NCBI GenBank assembly: GCA_977018835.1
Contig: OZ361258.1
Location: forward strand, 310,001-374,000
From: Minutocellus sp. GHC0000111
Taxonomy: Eukaryota
Direction of reading: 5' to 3'
Length of the DNA: 64,000 nt
Both the position numbers and the translations under genes were made by a program. The notes under the pieces were generated by a model. That model worked only from the letters and a program-made list of their open reading frames with translations. It was not told the origin of the DNA and ran no database searches. This document shows, piece after piece, positions 35,496 to 47,667 of this stretch (its first letter is position 1; each line of letters begins with the position of its first letter).

Positions 35496-35786
35496 TCCGC
35501 TTTGCTTTCGCAACTCTGCTCTGCGCTGCTGCTGCTGCTGCCCGCTGCTGCCCGCTGCTGCTCGCTAGCGTAGAGAAAATCAGCCGGGGTTTTCGTCCGT
35601 CTGCCGTACGTAAGCAGATACGTCAGTGGCAACGGCTGAAATGGCCCATCTTGTGAAGTATCGTTGCAACGGTATCCTCTGAGGACCGTTAGCTGAGTTA
35701 TAGGGCTAGTTAGCCAAGTACAATTGTATATCGATAGATCTATCAGCTCCGACTGATAGCATTACGCCGCCGGCGAAGTTTCTGTA
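35496..35786. repeat. Direct repeat copy 2 (~291 bp)
   Basis: See copy 1. Confidence 0.95.
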
Positions 35787-35789
35787 GTT

Positions 35790-36170
35790 TCTTCCCGTTC
35801 TTCTTGCCACCACCGGTAGTGATACTGAAGTAATCACGGTCGGCGCGGATGCGCGTCTGCTTGACACCGGAGTGCATCGTATCAGTGTACAATGTACCCC
35901 TGAAACGACGTCGACGGGACGTAGCTTGGCGAGTGCGGAGCCGCTGAGTGAAGGGCCTCGTCAAATCTCGGTAGGCTCGTTGAGTAGTTGCCTCAAGAGT
36001 ACCCTTGGCACGTTCGATGGAACATCCCCACTTTTTGGCGAGCTGCTCGGGAGTGATCTTGGGCTTGGGCGACTTGGCTTGGAAGGCGCCGAGCTGCCGG
36101 TCGGTCTTGATGGATTCCTTGGTGGCCTTGATCTTGGAAATACGAAGAGCCTTGAGCTTGCGGGTGATTG
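35790..36170 (-). mobile_element. Ty1/Copia (diatom CoDi-type) pre-integrase/integrase fragment
   Basis: ITPEQLAKKWGCSIERAKGTLEATTQRAYR..RLRTRQ..LYTDTMHSGVK resembles the region upstream of the integrase core in diatom Copia elements. Boundaries are approximate. Confidence 0.7.
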
Positions 36171-36873
36171 GCATTCGGATCGTCGATCCTATGCAGGCCA
36201 TCGAGAAGGAGATTATTCCCATGGCCTCTCGAAGAGCAAAAAGACCAACCTCGGTGATACCAGAGTTACTCGACACATCGAGCTCGATGATGCTCTCGTT
36301 GAGGGCCAAGGCCGGGGCCAGGTGATTAATTACATCCTGATCGGTCAGACCGTTAGGGCGGAGGCAAACCCGCTCGAGAACAGGATTCTCACGGAAGACA
36401 CTCGCAAGTTCGACGATGCAGTTTTGGGACAGGATTGCCTTATCCAAGTCAGGCACGTCACAATAAAGGTCGTACTCATCATCGCATGCCAGCTCCAGGT
36501 AGGTAACGGTACGGTTGTACTTCAATGCCCCAAGCAAAGCTCGTAGTCCGTAGGAGGCGACAAATCAAACGTTGTTTAGAACGATGCTCTTGATCGTGGT
36601 GTTCTGGAGGAAGAGAACGGCGAGGGCGATGACTCCCTGCTCACCGACCTTGTACTGAGGATAGCGCAGGACGAACTCCTCAATGGCGAGGTTGGGGTTG
36701 TCGGTAAGGGCATCTACCATGGCATTGAGCTCATCGTCGATCGTATCGTCTTGGAGGAAGTCAATCTGGTCGAAGCCAAACAGTTCGGCGACGTCCAGGG
36801 ATGTGTGGCCATCATCGTAACTCTTGATTTCACGAAGGACGTCTCGGAGAACGTTTGGGCTGACGGATGGCAT
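36170..36873 (-). pseudogene. RNI-like leucine-rich-repeat protein with an in-frame TGA (36565-36567), 3'-truncated by the Copia fragment
   Basis: VGEQGVIALA..NTTIKSIVLNNV*FVASYGLRALLGALKYNRTVTYLEL..LAPALALNESIIELDVSSN; the two ORFs are in the same frame. Confidence 0.75.
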
Positions 36874-38581
36874 TTTTGTGGTTGTGGAGGTCTATTTATT
36901 TGTACCGTAAGGAATATAATTAAGAATTTGCGAGTAGTGATAATAAGATGCATATATGGTCAGAACATGCGGTGAGAAGAGAGCTTTCGACGTGGCAAGG
37001 TAAAATTGAGTCATACATCCAAAAGGAATCGAATGATATCATGGACGTGAAGACGTGCATGTAATTTCACCACAGGATGCGCGCCAAAGATACCGACGAC
37101 GAATAATAACATTCTCCAGAATACCATTAATTGCAAATATACACACATATCTGACTTGCTTCCATGCATTACATCCATGCCGCTCCCCGCCCCCCAAGTT
37201 GCATGCCTCGCGAACCACAAAGAAAAGTTGGAGCGCAAGATACGCCTCTCGAGATGTGCACCTTCCGACAAAATGTTTGCCGATGCAAGTACACCATTCG
37301 ATGCAGAATATGTTACTCAAATAAAATCATGCGTCAGTGTCGTTCTCCTTCGCATCTAGCCGCCATATCATTGTCTCCATGCTCCGATGAACCGCCAAAC
37401 CGCCAAAAATGAAGCAGGCATCGAAAAGTTTCGCTGCCGGACCGTGGCATCGAATTGTAGGCCATTGGTGCAAAGATACGCTCCAGATAACGATCAATTA
37501 TCATGCAAATGCTATGAGCGTGGGAATTGCGTACCTTGAATGGGGGCTGGGCAGCGTATGGTTTGGGTATCTTGGGTTCCAAGGAAGGCGAAGGGGAGTT
37601 GAAAGAAGAATGAGGGCTGCAGCATTTGGCGGTTTCTTCTCCCATGGCTGGGCGCCAGGGCGCGTTCCTAGATTTTAGTCGAACGAGTCGTGATGCAACT
37701 GCCAATTCCGGGCGGCGGCGGCCGGCCGGCGGCGGCCGGCAAATCTCCTCATCTTCACTTTGAGGCAGCACAGTTGGCTTTCAATCGATCGAGCATTGTC
37801 TGACCAGCACACAGATACGCAGATACTACACCAATGGTAAGTTTCGCCGTTACTTTGCAGGATAGAGGTGGAAGATGTTGCTCAGTCTCCTTATTGTTGC
37901 GACTGGTCGCCGACTCAACTCCATCTTTCGCCACAGAACGAATCAAGGGACGACGTGTGACTGTGGTCGAACATGATTGAAATGATTGCTTGGACAAAGA
38001 ATGGGATATGGAGGAGACCATTGGAATCGAAATGCATATCGTCATGGACAGCATCGGCTTTACTGCCTTTGCTTTCTCTGCTGTGTGGTGGTATCTTTTT
38101 GACCTCGTGTCTTTGGTTGTCGTTGTGCAAAACCAAAGCGACAAGACGCAAAAGATACGGCCGACAGATCGCGATAGGGTCAGCCACCGGCCAATTCAAT
38201 GGCCACAAATGCAGTCCTAGTATCCAAAAAAAAACAACGCAATCGGTTTTGTTGTGGTATCTTTTGTTCTTTGTTTGTTTGTATCCGAGCAAGGGGCGTG
38301 GTGCGAGGTGGTGACGATGATGTTTTTGGCGGCATTGCAATGCAATAGATTTTTTCCAAAAACGGACCGCTCCACACGGTTTCTGTCAAAATAAATGGAT
38401 GAGATAACACCGCTCATACTAGCGGCAGGCGATGTGGAAGTTTTCGGTCGAGTATCTGCAACTTCATTTTTGCGTATCTTCTGCACATGACGTGAGCACT
38501 GAGGAGGGAATCCACTTTCTGAATGATGTTTAAGTGATGTAACTCACCGTTCATCCCTCCGCCCACGCACGCACGCACGCG

Positions 38582-41500
38582 ATGGCGGCAAACCCGCCCG
38601 CCCCCACCACAGAACAATCGAGCGGTAGCAGCCCCGCCCACCGGGCCGGCTTCGGCCGCAGCCGGTGCTGTCGGTGCTGGCGATGTGTGGAAGACTGATG
38701 CAGCAACTTATGGAGGAAAGTGGCCGCCCCGTCTACCAGCATCGACGCAACCGATGTGCCACCCACGTGGGCTGCTCGCAAGCGTCAATACGCGCCGGCT
38801 AGCACTGGCGGGTCGTCCGCCCAGGCGATGGATGCGCATTGTGTTCCATTGACTAGCGTGTGCTCAAATAGTCCAGCGAAGAAGCGTGCAAGGAATGCCC
38901 CGTCGTCGAGCTCTTTACCTCAGAATCCATATCTGCACAACGCGATCGGTAGCGCCAAGAGCGCCAACACCAACTCGTTGTCTACTACATGTAGCCAAGC
39001 AGAGCCGAAGACCAAGCGTACGTTATCGTTCGACATCAAATCCAAGCCATCGGACCGCAAGCTACTTCTTGACGGTGAGACTATTCACCTCTCACCAACA
39101 AGCTTTACTCGGGACGTGTGGGATGTGTCGCCGTTACAGAGAAAGGAACACGTACGCAAAAAGGAGGCCAACAATACCATGCTCTCTGAGGCCTGCCTGA
39201 AATCTGTTTTGTTCAGATGTGGTGTCAAGGGAATGGAGAAACTGGACGCTCTACCGAAGAAGAAGGGCGATGAGAGTGAGGGTGGTGGCTCTCATTGTTG
39301 CAGAGAGGATCTGGTCGAGGCTGGCCTCACCAACGACGAACTTCGTGGTTTGATTAACATCCATTGCCCCGAGAAGATGAAAGCAGTTCTCGGTGTGGAT
39401 AAAGCTGGGCTGCTGAAAATGGCAGTGTGTATTTCTGGACGGAATCGGGTGGTTCTAACAATGCCAAACGATCCTCTTGACATGAATGATCTCGACGATG
39501 AGATCCAAATTTCGGCCATACCGGCATCAGTTGAGGTGAAAGGTGCACTGATGCCCTCTACAAAAGCTGATTGGAAGAAGCTCATGTCGAAGTTTGGACT
39601 GATGATCGCCAACTTTGATCCTCTTGCGGTAGGTATTTTTATTTGCACCACACTTGTAACTTCATTTGTTTGCGCTTTTCATGTTTGACGCATAGTTTCT
39701 CAATCGCTTTCCCTCGAAATTCTAAACTCGCGATCTCACACAAACACAGGAAATATCGGAAGAATTCCTCGAAAATGTGAAAATGCTATTATGCAGAATC
39801 TTGTACAATCATCTAGCCACGGTGCATCGCAACACGTACAACTTCTGGTTCATGGAGGACTTTCGTCGGGATGTGTGCATTGATGCTGCTCTTCTGCTTG
39901 GAACAGGGATCATAAACAGCAGCAAGCTCACAACGGCCAACATTCATACTGAAAATATCTTCGATATGGCCAAGCTTACCGAGCTAATGGATGGCGAGAA
40001 CGCCCGCGGTGCAATCGGGTGCTATCTTTCCATTGTGGAAAGAATAATTCAGTCGACAGTTGTAGCACAGCCAGGGCGCTCCGGTAAGGTTGGAGCCACG
40101 CAAAAGATTGTCTCGTGGGCAAACGATCTTGATGGCTGCATTTCTGATGTTATGGATGCCGTCTTGGCAGAATGTGGAGAAAAGGACAAGGACGAAATCG
40201 GAATCGATGAGCTCAACAATGCATTTCTTGATGAAATTGACGAATTTGGATGTTTGGGCCTCGATACTGAATTTATCATCTGCCCTCGATCTGCATGGTA
40301 GACATTGTGAGAGTCCGGAGGTCATAGATATTGACTTTATCGATCCATCGATTGAAAGCTCGTTTAATGAGGATGTGTGCCTTCCTGATTTTGACTGCGA
40401 ACGACCGGACAGCAAGGTGAGACTACCTGGCCTGGAACTGTTTGGACTTTGGCTTCATTTAAATTTTATCACTTCTAGCTCAACTTCATTTCATTCTCCC
40501 TTTCTTTTGATCCATCCCTTATGTACCCGCTACCCGCAGTTGGAAGAGAGCGACAATGACTTTCACACCCGGCATGGAGCTCATGCTAAATGCGCCAAAT
40601 TGGAGAAAACGGGAGATTGTGTTTCATCCCTCTATACGAATTTACCAAGCAAGGAGGCCACCATTCCATCGAATGTCCGCAGTGCTACCATCGGTACCTT
40701 TGAGGATGTGACCCATGTTGTCGCCATCCAACTGACTGAACATGGCCGAGGAAATTTATCCGATCTCGTTCGTGGGGACTCTGTTGAACACGTTCAGCTT
40801 TCCAAAGCAAGAGGAACAACGCTCTCAAAAGCTCGAGATGTCATGTTATTTGCATTAGAACACAGCCTTGGCTGTTGCCTTGCCACCGCACACGCTCTGA
40901 AGGATGGGAATGATGGCTTTGAGTCTCATCGTCCAATGCACACATCATCTTCCGCTCAGCGAGTCGGTGCCATCCAGAGATTCGCCGAGGATCTCAACAA
41001 GTGTACTTCTCAGCAATTGCGGTATCTTCGCAACTCACTCGAGCTGTATGTCAAGTCCGATAGGGACAGGAACAAGTATCAGCTGGCTCGTGCGCGCTTG
41101 CCTCGCCTTTCGAGTAACTCACATGAGATTCTGTCCGATGCTGACGAGGAGGCGATGAGAGTTGTTGAGTCAAAGCTTACCAAGTTAGGGGAACCAGTCG
41201 GTGCCATCCAGAGATTGGCCGAGGATCTCAACAAGTGTACTTCTGACCAATTGCTTCATCTTCGCAACTCACTCGAGCTGTATGTCAAGTCCGATAGGGG
41301 CAGGAACAAGTATTGGCTGGCTCGTGCGCGCTCGCCTCGACTTTCGAGTAACTCGTATAGGATTCTGTCTGATGCTGACGAGGAGGCGATGAGAGTTGTT
41401 GAGTCAAAGCTTCCCAAGTCGGAACCAGTCGGTGCCATCCAGAGATTGGCCGAGGATCTCAACAAGTGTACTTCTCAGCAATTGCGTCGTCTTCGCAACT

Positions 41501-41958
41501 CACTCGAGCTGTATGTCAAGTCCGATAGGGACAGGAACAAGTATCGGCTGGCTCGTGCGCGCTCGCCAGGTAGCTTTTATGCGATTCTGTCCGATGCTGA
41601 CGAGGAGGCGATGGGAACCTTTGGGTCGGAGCTAGCAAATGAGATAGTGCGGAGAGAGAAGGAAGCGGCAGCTGCCAAGAAAGCTGAACAGAAGAAGAAG
41701 GAAGCAGCCGAAGCAGCAGCGGCAGCTGAACAGAAGAAGAAGGAAGCAGCCGAAGCAGCAGCGGCAGCTGAACAGAAACAAAATGAAGTTGCGAAAATGG
41801 CTTTGTCAGATCCTTTTGCTGTGATGGCAATAGCAATGAATATCCCTGGATGGAAGATCAAGTCAAATCAGGGATTTATGTTCACAAGTCCCGATGGCTC
41901 TTACACCACCAAAAATCCAAAAGAGGCGCAGAGAGTTCATGCCGAAAAGTACACCTAA
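38582..41958 (+). CDS. Large unknown protein (probably degenerate) with three ~78-aa tandem repeats; introns 39629-39749 and 40417-40539; frameshifts near the 5' end and at ~40250-40290
   Basis: ORFs 38720..39688, 39777..40301 and 40090..41958 are linked by GTAGGT..CACAG and GTGAGA..CGCAG introns. The start position is uncertain. Confidence 0.55.
40963..41613 (+). repeat. Three coding tandem repeats (periods 234 and 231 bp)
   Basis: Units start at 40963, 41197 and 41428 with gtcggtgccatccagaga. Confidence 0.95.
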
Positions 41959-42184
41959 ATACACCTAGCTACTACCAAGTTAAGTTGGTAGAGATTCAAA
42001 CGAGCCCCGCCATTTTTCCCGACCGGCGAGGCAGGCCGAAGGAGCCGAGACGAGGAGAGGTAGGAAGAAGTTTCAATCATTCATACCGATGCCTGTAGCA
42101 GGACAAGCTACGCAGTACTGGAAAGTCTTAAGTGGGTAGTTTCTAAATTCAACAGGAACAATAGCAGAATTACATTTTACCAAC

Positions 42185-44306
42185 TTAGAACGCCCGTCCA
42201 AACAGGGCCATGTGAGTGGCATCTTCACCGCTGTAGAAGCACTTCTTGCCTTCTGCCATGCCGGCCTCATTGACGTCGAGAGGGTAGCATCGAATAGTTG
42301 CCTTGCACTCCTCCTTGATCTTGTCTTCGTTCTCAGCATCGCACTTCCAGGGCACAAGGAAAAGTCCGCGGCCGGGATATGCTCCAGCCTCATCGTCAAT
42401 GAGAGCCTCCTTCATTTCCTCGTAAGTAGCTTCCATGGTGATGCCGCTGGCCAATCGATCCTTGGCAGCCTCCAGCAGATGCGATTGCATATCATCAAGG
42501 CCAGATACTGCCGCCTCGGCAGCTTCCTCAAGACTGACGGATTCCTTGTCCTCCTTCCCGGCACGGTACTTGAAAACACATACGCCGTTGGTCACATCGC
42601 GAGGACCCAGTTCTATTCTCAGTGGTACACCCTTGCGCTCCCATTCGAAATACTTGGCTCCATTACGCACATAGTCACGATCATCTACCTTGACACGCAG
42701 TCCCTTGGCCTTCAAGCTAGCTGTCAGATCATCCAAAGACTTCTCCAATGCCGCCTTGGCTTCCTCGTCGTTCTTCTTGGCGGCAATGGGAACAATAACA
42801 ACCTGCACAGGTGCGACCCGAGGGGGGAGCACGAGACCGGCATCATCAGAGTGTGTCATGATGAGCGCACCTAGCAGCCGAGTACTGACGCCCCAACTGG
42901 TGCCCCAAACATCCTGCTGCTTGCCCTCGGCATCTTGGAAGGTAACGTCGAACGCCTTACCGAAGCTCTGACCAAGGAAATGCGACGTACCAGACTGCAA
43001 CGCCCAACCGTTCTGCATGAGGGCCTCAATGGTAAACGTCTCCTCGGCACCGGCAAATCGCTCCGATGGACTCTTGGCGCCCCGAACGACGGGCATGGCC
43101 AGCAGATCCTCCGCGAGAGAGGCATACTCCTCCATCATGGTCTTGGCATCGTCGAACGCACCCTCGTACGTGGCGTGGGCAGTATGGCCCTCCTGCCAGA
43201 GAAATTCCGACGTGCGAAGGAAGGGGCGGGTGCGCATCTCCCATCTCATGACATTGGCCCACTGATTGATCTTTAGGGGCAGGTCACTGTGCCATTGTGT
43301 GAAGATGGAATGAACGTAACGTTAGATACATTGAATGCAAGCAGACATAATTCAAGAAGATCGTCAAGTACCCAATACTTCTTCTTGGCAACTCGGCAAA
43401 AACTCACCGATGACTGACGATCCACTTGCGGAAGGTGTTCCAGATCATGGTCTCACTGGTCGGGCGGATGATGAGGGGATCCTCCAACTCGGCCTCGGGA
43501 TCGGCGATCAATCCCTTCTCCCCGCTGGGATCGGCAGTCAACCGATGGTGCGTCACGACGGCACACTCCTTGGCAAACCCGTCGACGTGCTCGGCCTCCT
43601 TGCTCAGGAAGCTCTTGGGGATGAGCATGGGGAAGTAGGCATTCTCCACGTCGTGACTTTTGATCCTGGCGTCCAGGTCGGTACGGACAATATCCCAAAG
43701 GGACATGCCCCAGGGCTTGATCACCATGCATCCGCGGACGGGGCTGGACTCGGCCAAACCGGCGTTGCGGATGATGGAGGCGTACCACTTGGAGTAGTCC
43801 TCGGATCGGGGAGTGATGTAGTCGGATTCGGCGTCGTCATTTGATGCGTTATTCTTCTGCTGATTCTTTCCACCGCCGCCCTTCTTCTTTTGGTTATTGT
43901 TGTTGTTGTTGTTGCCTCCCTTCTTCTTGGGCTTGACGCTATCGGGATCCAACTTGGCCTTGAGCGCGAGGAGTTCTTCCACAAGCGGCGCCACAGCAGC
44001 CTTGTCGGCTCCACCATCCTTCAGGGCACGGATCTCATCGCCCTTGGCCTTGATTTGGGCCTCCAATTCGGTCTTCTCCTCGGCAGTCAGATCCGATGCG
44101 GCAGTCGACATGCGAAGGGAGATGGGCTGACCAGGGCGCAAACGCATGTTGGCATTTGCCAGACTAGGCGCACCGCTCAAAGTAGACGCGGCACTGCGGC
44201 TGACGACTTGCGGGGATGTGGAAAAGGCACGGACAAAGACCGGGCGACGGGCGGCGGTAAGGATCGTGGCGAGTGCCGCCGACATGGTCATGCGTCGAAG
44301 GATCAT
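42185..44306 (-). CDS. proS: Prolyl-tRNA synthetase (eukaryote/archaea-type, organelle-targeted) with an N-terminal WHEP domain; intron 43287-43407
   Basis: Motifs [61 protein letters not shown] and C-terminal FGRAF. The GTGAGT..ACAG intron restores the frame. Confidence 0.95.
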
Positions 44307-44747
44307 CTGGCGGCGCTACTTTGCGTTGTTGGATGTGTTGCTTTCTATAGCGAAAATCGGCACAAGAAATGCCTGGTGCAAATAAACCAAAAAATGACAG
44401 CCGCTTCGGCAGGCAGTAGGCTGATGAGATGTCAGCGCAAGCAGGTGCAGTGCTGATCTCGTGGTTATCGGGTATCTTCCTTGAGGGCGAAGAATGGAGC
44501 GAGAGCCGAGATGTGCGTCAGTGATCCCGATTTTATGGACGACTCTGTTCCCGATTACTGAGGGGTTATGAGCCACGAAGGCCAACTGTAAGATCGCGAC
44601 ATGAAAATTCCTTCATCTTCAACAACGGCATTCTTTGCATCCGCGTTGAGGCTGTGGTATCGCCGACATTTCATCATCTGCCATCCTCTGCTTGGTTCGA
44701 CAGCAGGTTTTCCCAGCCACCTCTCGCCTCATTTTTGAGGGGGAAAT

Positions 44748-45782
44748 ATGCCGCCCAACTCTTCCCCCTCCGCGACGGCCGCAGCAGCTGTCACCGCCAG
44801 CAATGCATTCTCGGTATCGCTCACCTCGGCCCTGACAGCATCCGCATCTTCATCTCCTTCCTCATTAGCCTCATCGTCGGCATTTGCTTCCGCGGCGACC
44901 AAGATTATAGACGCCACGCAAAAGCCCGTGGTGCGGCTATATTCCATCCAAAATGCCCCGCCTAAGTCCAAGACGTTGCATCTGATTCGTCACGCCGAGG
45001 GCACGCATAACATCAGCCCCGAGAGTCACAAGACACCATTGCATTGGGATGCTCGGTTGACCGAAAAGGGTATAGAGCAGTGCAGAAAATTGGCAAGGAA
45101 GACAAGTTACTACTATCGACGACGTGTGAGTTTGAGCAGTGAGATGGATGGTCCAGTAGTGAAAGAGAATGATGATGATAACGATGATGATGGTATGAAT
45201 AGTGATATTCATCCTTCTGTTGGAGAGGTGGAAGCTGTCATCGTTAGCCCCATGAGCAGGTGTTTGCAAACTGCCATGTTATCATTTCCACATCACTACG
45301 TCGGTGGTGCTGATGGTCATGCATCAGACGTCGCAACAGTGCCATTCATAGCACACGAATCCTGGAGGGAAACAACGAACTTTTTATGTGATTCTCGACG
45401 GTCGATTTCAGATCTTCAAAAAGATTTGCCATTAGTCGACTTTGATATGATATCCGAGGAGGATGACCCAATATGGGCAAAGTACGAATCAATCTTTGGC
45501 GCGCACGATGAATTCGACGGTCTGCGAGAGAGCAAGGACGGCGCCCACCTGGCCCAGCGCGCCCTGGAGGCCTGGAGCTCGTTGGCATCACGGCCCGAAA
45601 CGAATCTTGCCATCTGTGGCCACTCTGCATTCTTCATGCACCAGTTCCAGCCCTATCTTCCAGAGATGATGGGCGTCGTGTCGTACGAAGACGAGAAAGT
45701 GGAGCGGTTGATGACCGATCGTGGTTTCGCGAACTGTGAGCTTCGTACGGTTGCCTTCCAGACCGATGATATGGCCAAATGA
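44748..45782 (+). CDS. Histidine phosphatase / phosphoglycerate mutase-like protein
   Basis: LIRHAEG, LTEKGIEQ, SPMSRCLQT, CGHSAF and FANCE motifs. Confidence 0.9.
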   Translation: MPPNSSPSATAAAAVTASNAFSVSLTSALTASASSSPSSLASSSAFASAATKIIDATQKPVVRLYSIQNAPPKSKTLHLIRHAEGTHNISPESHKTPLHWDARLTEKGIEQCRKLARKTSYYYRRRVSLSSEMDGPVVKENDDDNDDDGMNSDIHPSVGEVEAVIVSPMSRCLQTAMLSFPHHYVGGADGHASDVATVPFIAHESWRETTNFLCDSRRSISDLQKDLPLVDFDMISEEDDPIWAKYESIFGAHDEFDGLRESKDGAHLAQRALEAWSSLASRPETNLAICGHSAFFMHQFQPYLPEMMGVVSYEDEKVERLMTDRGFANCELRTVAFQTDDMAK

Positions 45783-45937
45783 GATTGATGTCGTGTAAGT
45801 CAAATACATTCTACGAGAGTTGTAGGAAACCACTGACACAAGGCTCTAGCTAGCTAAAATACATGCATCATTGAACTAAAGTCGCGATGCAGAAATTTTT
45901 ATGATATCTTTATAAATATTATGTACATCATCAAATG

Positions 45938-46025
45938 GAAGCTAGTGAAGATATCGCCTGCCTGCCTGACAAAAGCACACAAGAAGCTAGTGAAGATATC
46001 GCCTGCCTGCCTGACAAAAGCACAC
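45938..46025. repeat. 45-bp-period tandem duplication
   Basis: gaagctagtgaagatatcgcctgcctgcctgacaaaagcacac occurs at 45938 and 45983. Confidence 0.9.
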
Positions 46026-46184
46026 TAGTGGACGAGTGGTAGTAGGTTAAAATGTATATATGTATTGTATATCAATCAATCCAGGATTGCAGTTGTTGCT
46101 ATCTCGAAATGTAAAAATATCCGCACAACATGGTGTAGGCCGCAAATGATGCGGTTGATGAAAATGAGCATGTATGCTCGGTCT

Positions 46185-46556
46185 TCAACTCGATGGAAGA
46201 AGCATATCACAGCTGAAGAGACTCGATTTGACGCTTTCGTAGGTCATCGCGGTCGATGATTTGCGGAAGGAGAGGGTGCGAGCACGCTTCAAAGGCCGGA
46301 CTAAGCAAGAGTCACCATCGGTAGAAACGGTAGATTCCGCAGCGACGGGGAAGACCAACAAAAACGCCGATGGGGAACTTTTTGTGGTGGTAGTGTTCTT
46401 GATTTCGCTTTCGACGTCATCCAACAAGGAAGGCTTCCGTTTCTTGTAACAGAGAGGCTCGGGTGAGGTTGTGATCTGGCGAGAGTAGGAAGGTTGGTTC
46501 GATAATTCTTGTTCATCAAAAGTTCTCTTAGTCTTGGACGATGACTGGTCTGTCAT
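46185..46556 (-). CDS. Small hypothetical protein
   Basis: ORF from MTDQSSSKTKR with NLS-like KKRKP and RPLKRAR. Confidence 0.4.
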   Translation of the reverse strand: MTDQSSSKTKRTFDEQELSNQPSYSRQITTSPEPLCYKKRKPSLLDDVESEIKNTTTTKSSPSAFLLVFPVAAESTVSTDGDSCLVRPLKRARTLSFRKSSTAMTYESVKSSLFSCDMLLPSS

Positions 46557-47125
46557 TGTTTTGGGTTGGGTGCGAACATCATCTTGGGATCCTTTCGATC
46601 GACCGTCGCGATCCGCAAGAATGAGCGAGGCAGCAGTGAGCGAGGCCACTGGAGATCGAGAACGGCGCGAACCAACGAGGCACATCTTTCCGAGGGATAC
46701 AGCGAGAGGAAATGAAATGAACTGACAAAGTGGCTGTTTGTGAATAATGAGGGATCATCGGCGCGGCGGTTGATCTGCAGCAAGAATTTCGACACGAAAA
46801 TCCGGCAATATTGTTGTCGACAGGCAGAAAAGAACCCAAAATCCCCCTCTACACGTTTTTTGGCAACAAACCGAGTCCGATGTAGGGGTTTCTCAAAACG
46901 GGAGTCCCCTTTGCATTTTTATGAGGTTGATTTCAAGAATATGCTAATTAGGGATATGCAATTATTCGTATTTCCCCTTTTCCCCGTCGCGGGTGTTTCC
47001 CTTCTCTCTTCAGGCTTTATCTTCCCCATCGGCATTTCACTTCCGACACGACTTTCAGCCTACCCAAGACCGGCTTCGACATACCAATTGTTACATGCAA
47101 AGAGCCTCTATCACGATCAGGTTCA

Positions 47126-47187
47126 AACAACGAGTTGCAGCCGAGCCGACTTTTCCAACAATGAGTTGCAGCCGAGCCGACTTTTTC
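47126..47187. repeat. 31-bp tandem repeat x2
   Basis: aacaa(c/t)gagttgcagccgagccgactttt occurs twice. Confidence 0.85.
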
Positions 47188-47667
47188 TATTTAGGCACTG
47201 AAAGGGAATGGTGCCTGTGCCGGCGGCACAAAAATGTAAAACTCGTCTCGCCATGTATGTACCCGCTACGCACAGACCTACTTTGCAAGTACATGTAGCA
47301 TTGGCCATGTGTTCCGCAAGCGCAGCCCTGATGCAAATTCTGGCTACTTTTATTCTCAAATAGGTTTCAGTTACCGGAACTTAGCAGGACGGCACCGCCA
47401 CCGTCACCACCGCCAATATTAAAACTATCCGTAACATAAAAACTATATCATTGAATCTCTCTTAATGCATGATATGATACGATCGTAATTTCTTTGGGGG
47501 AATGGGCACATACATTGCATGCACTATTACACGTAGATCTACTGTAGCGGCAAGCACTTTCACCACATAGCAGCAGCGTTCACGCGGCTTTCAATACGAT
47601 TGCTAATTTCTGTCTTTCTGTCTTAAGCAAGCAGTTGCCTCTTTATTGATTCTTTATATTCACCCAG

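Noticed and set aside
34090..35786. Direct repeats as LTRs of an intact retrotransposon, or as Helitron ends
   Set aside because: No TG..CA termini, PBS/PPT or gag-pol between the copies, and no A|TC..CTRR|T junctions.
19525..36567. Alternative genetic code or stop-codon reassignment explaining the in-frame stops
   Set aside because: Both TAG and TGA terminate intact genes in this window, and some of the affected genes carry other lesions too.
37000..38550. Several short ORFs and a GC-rich ggccggccggc patch
   Set aside because: No consistent frame or recognisable motif; possibly decayed sequence.
45938..47187. CRISPR-like arrays from the 45-bp and 31-bp repeats
   Set aside because: Only two abutting copies each, no spacers, no cas genes, and a eukaryotic context.
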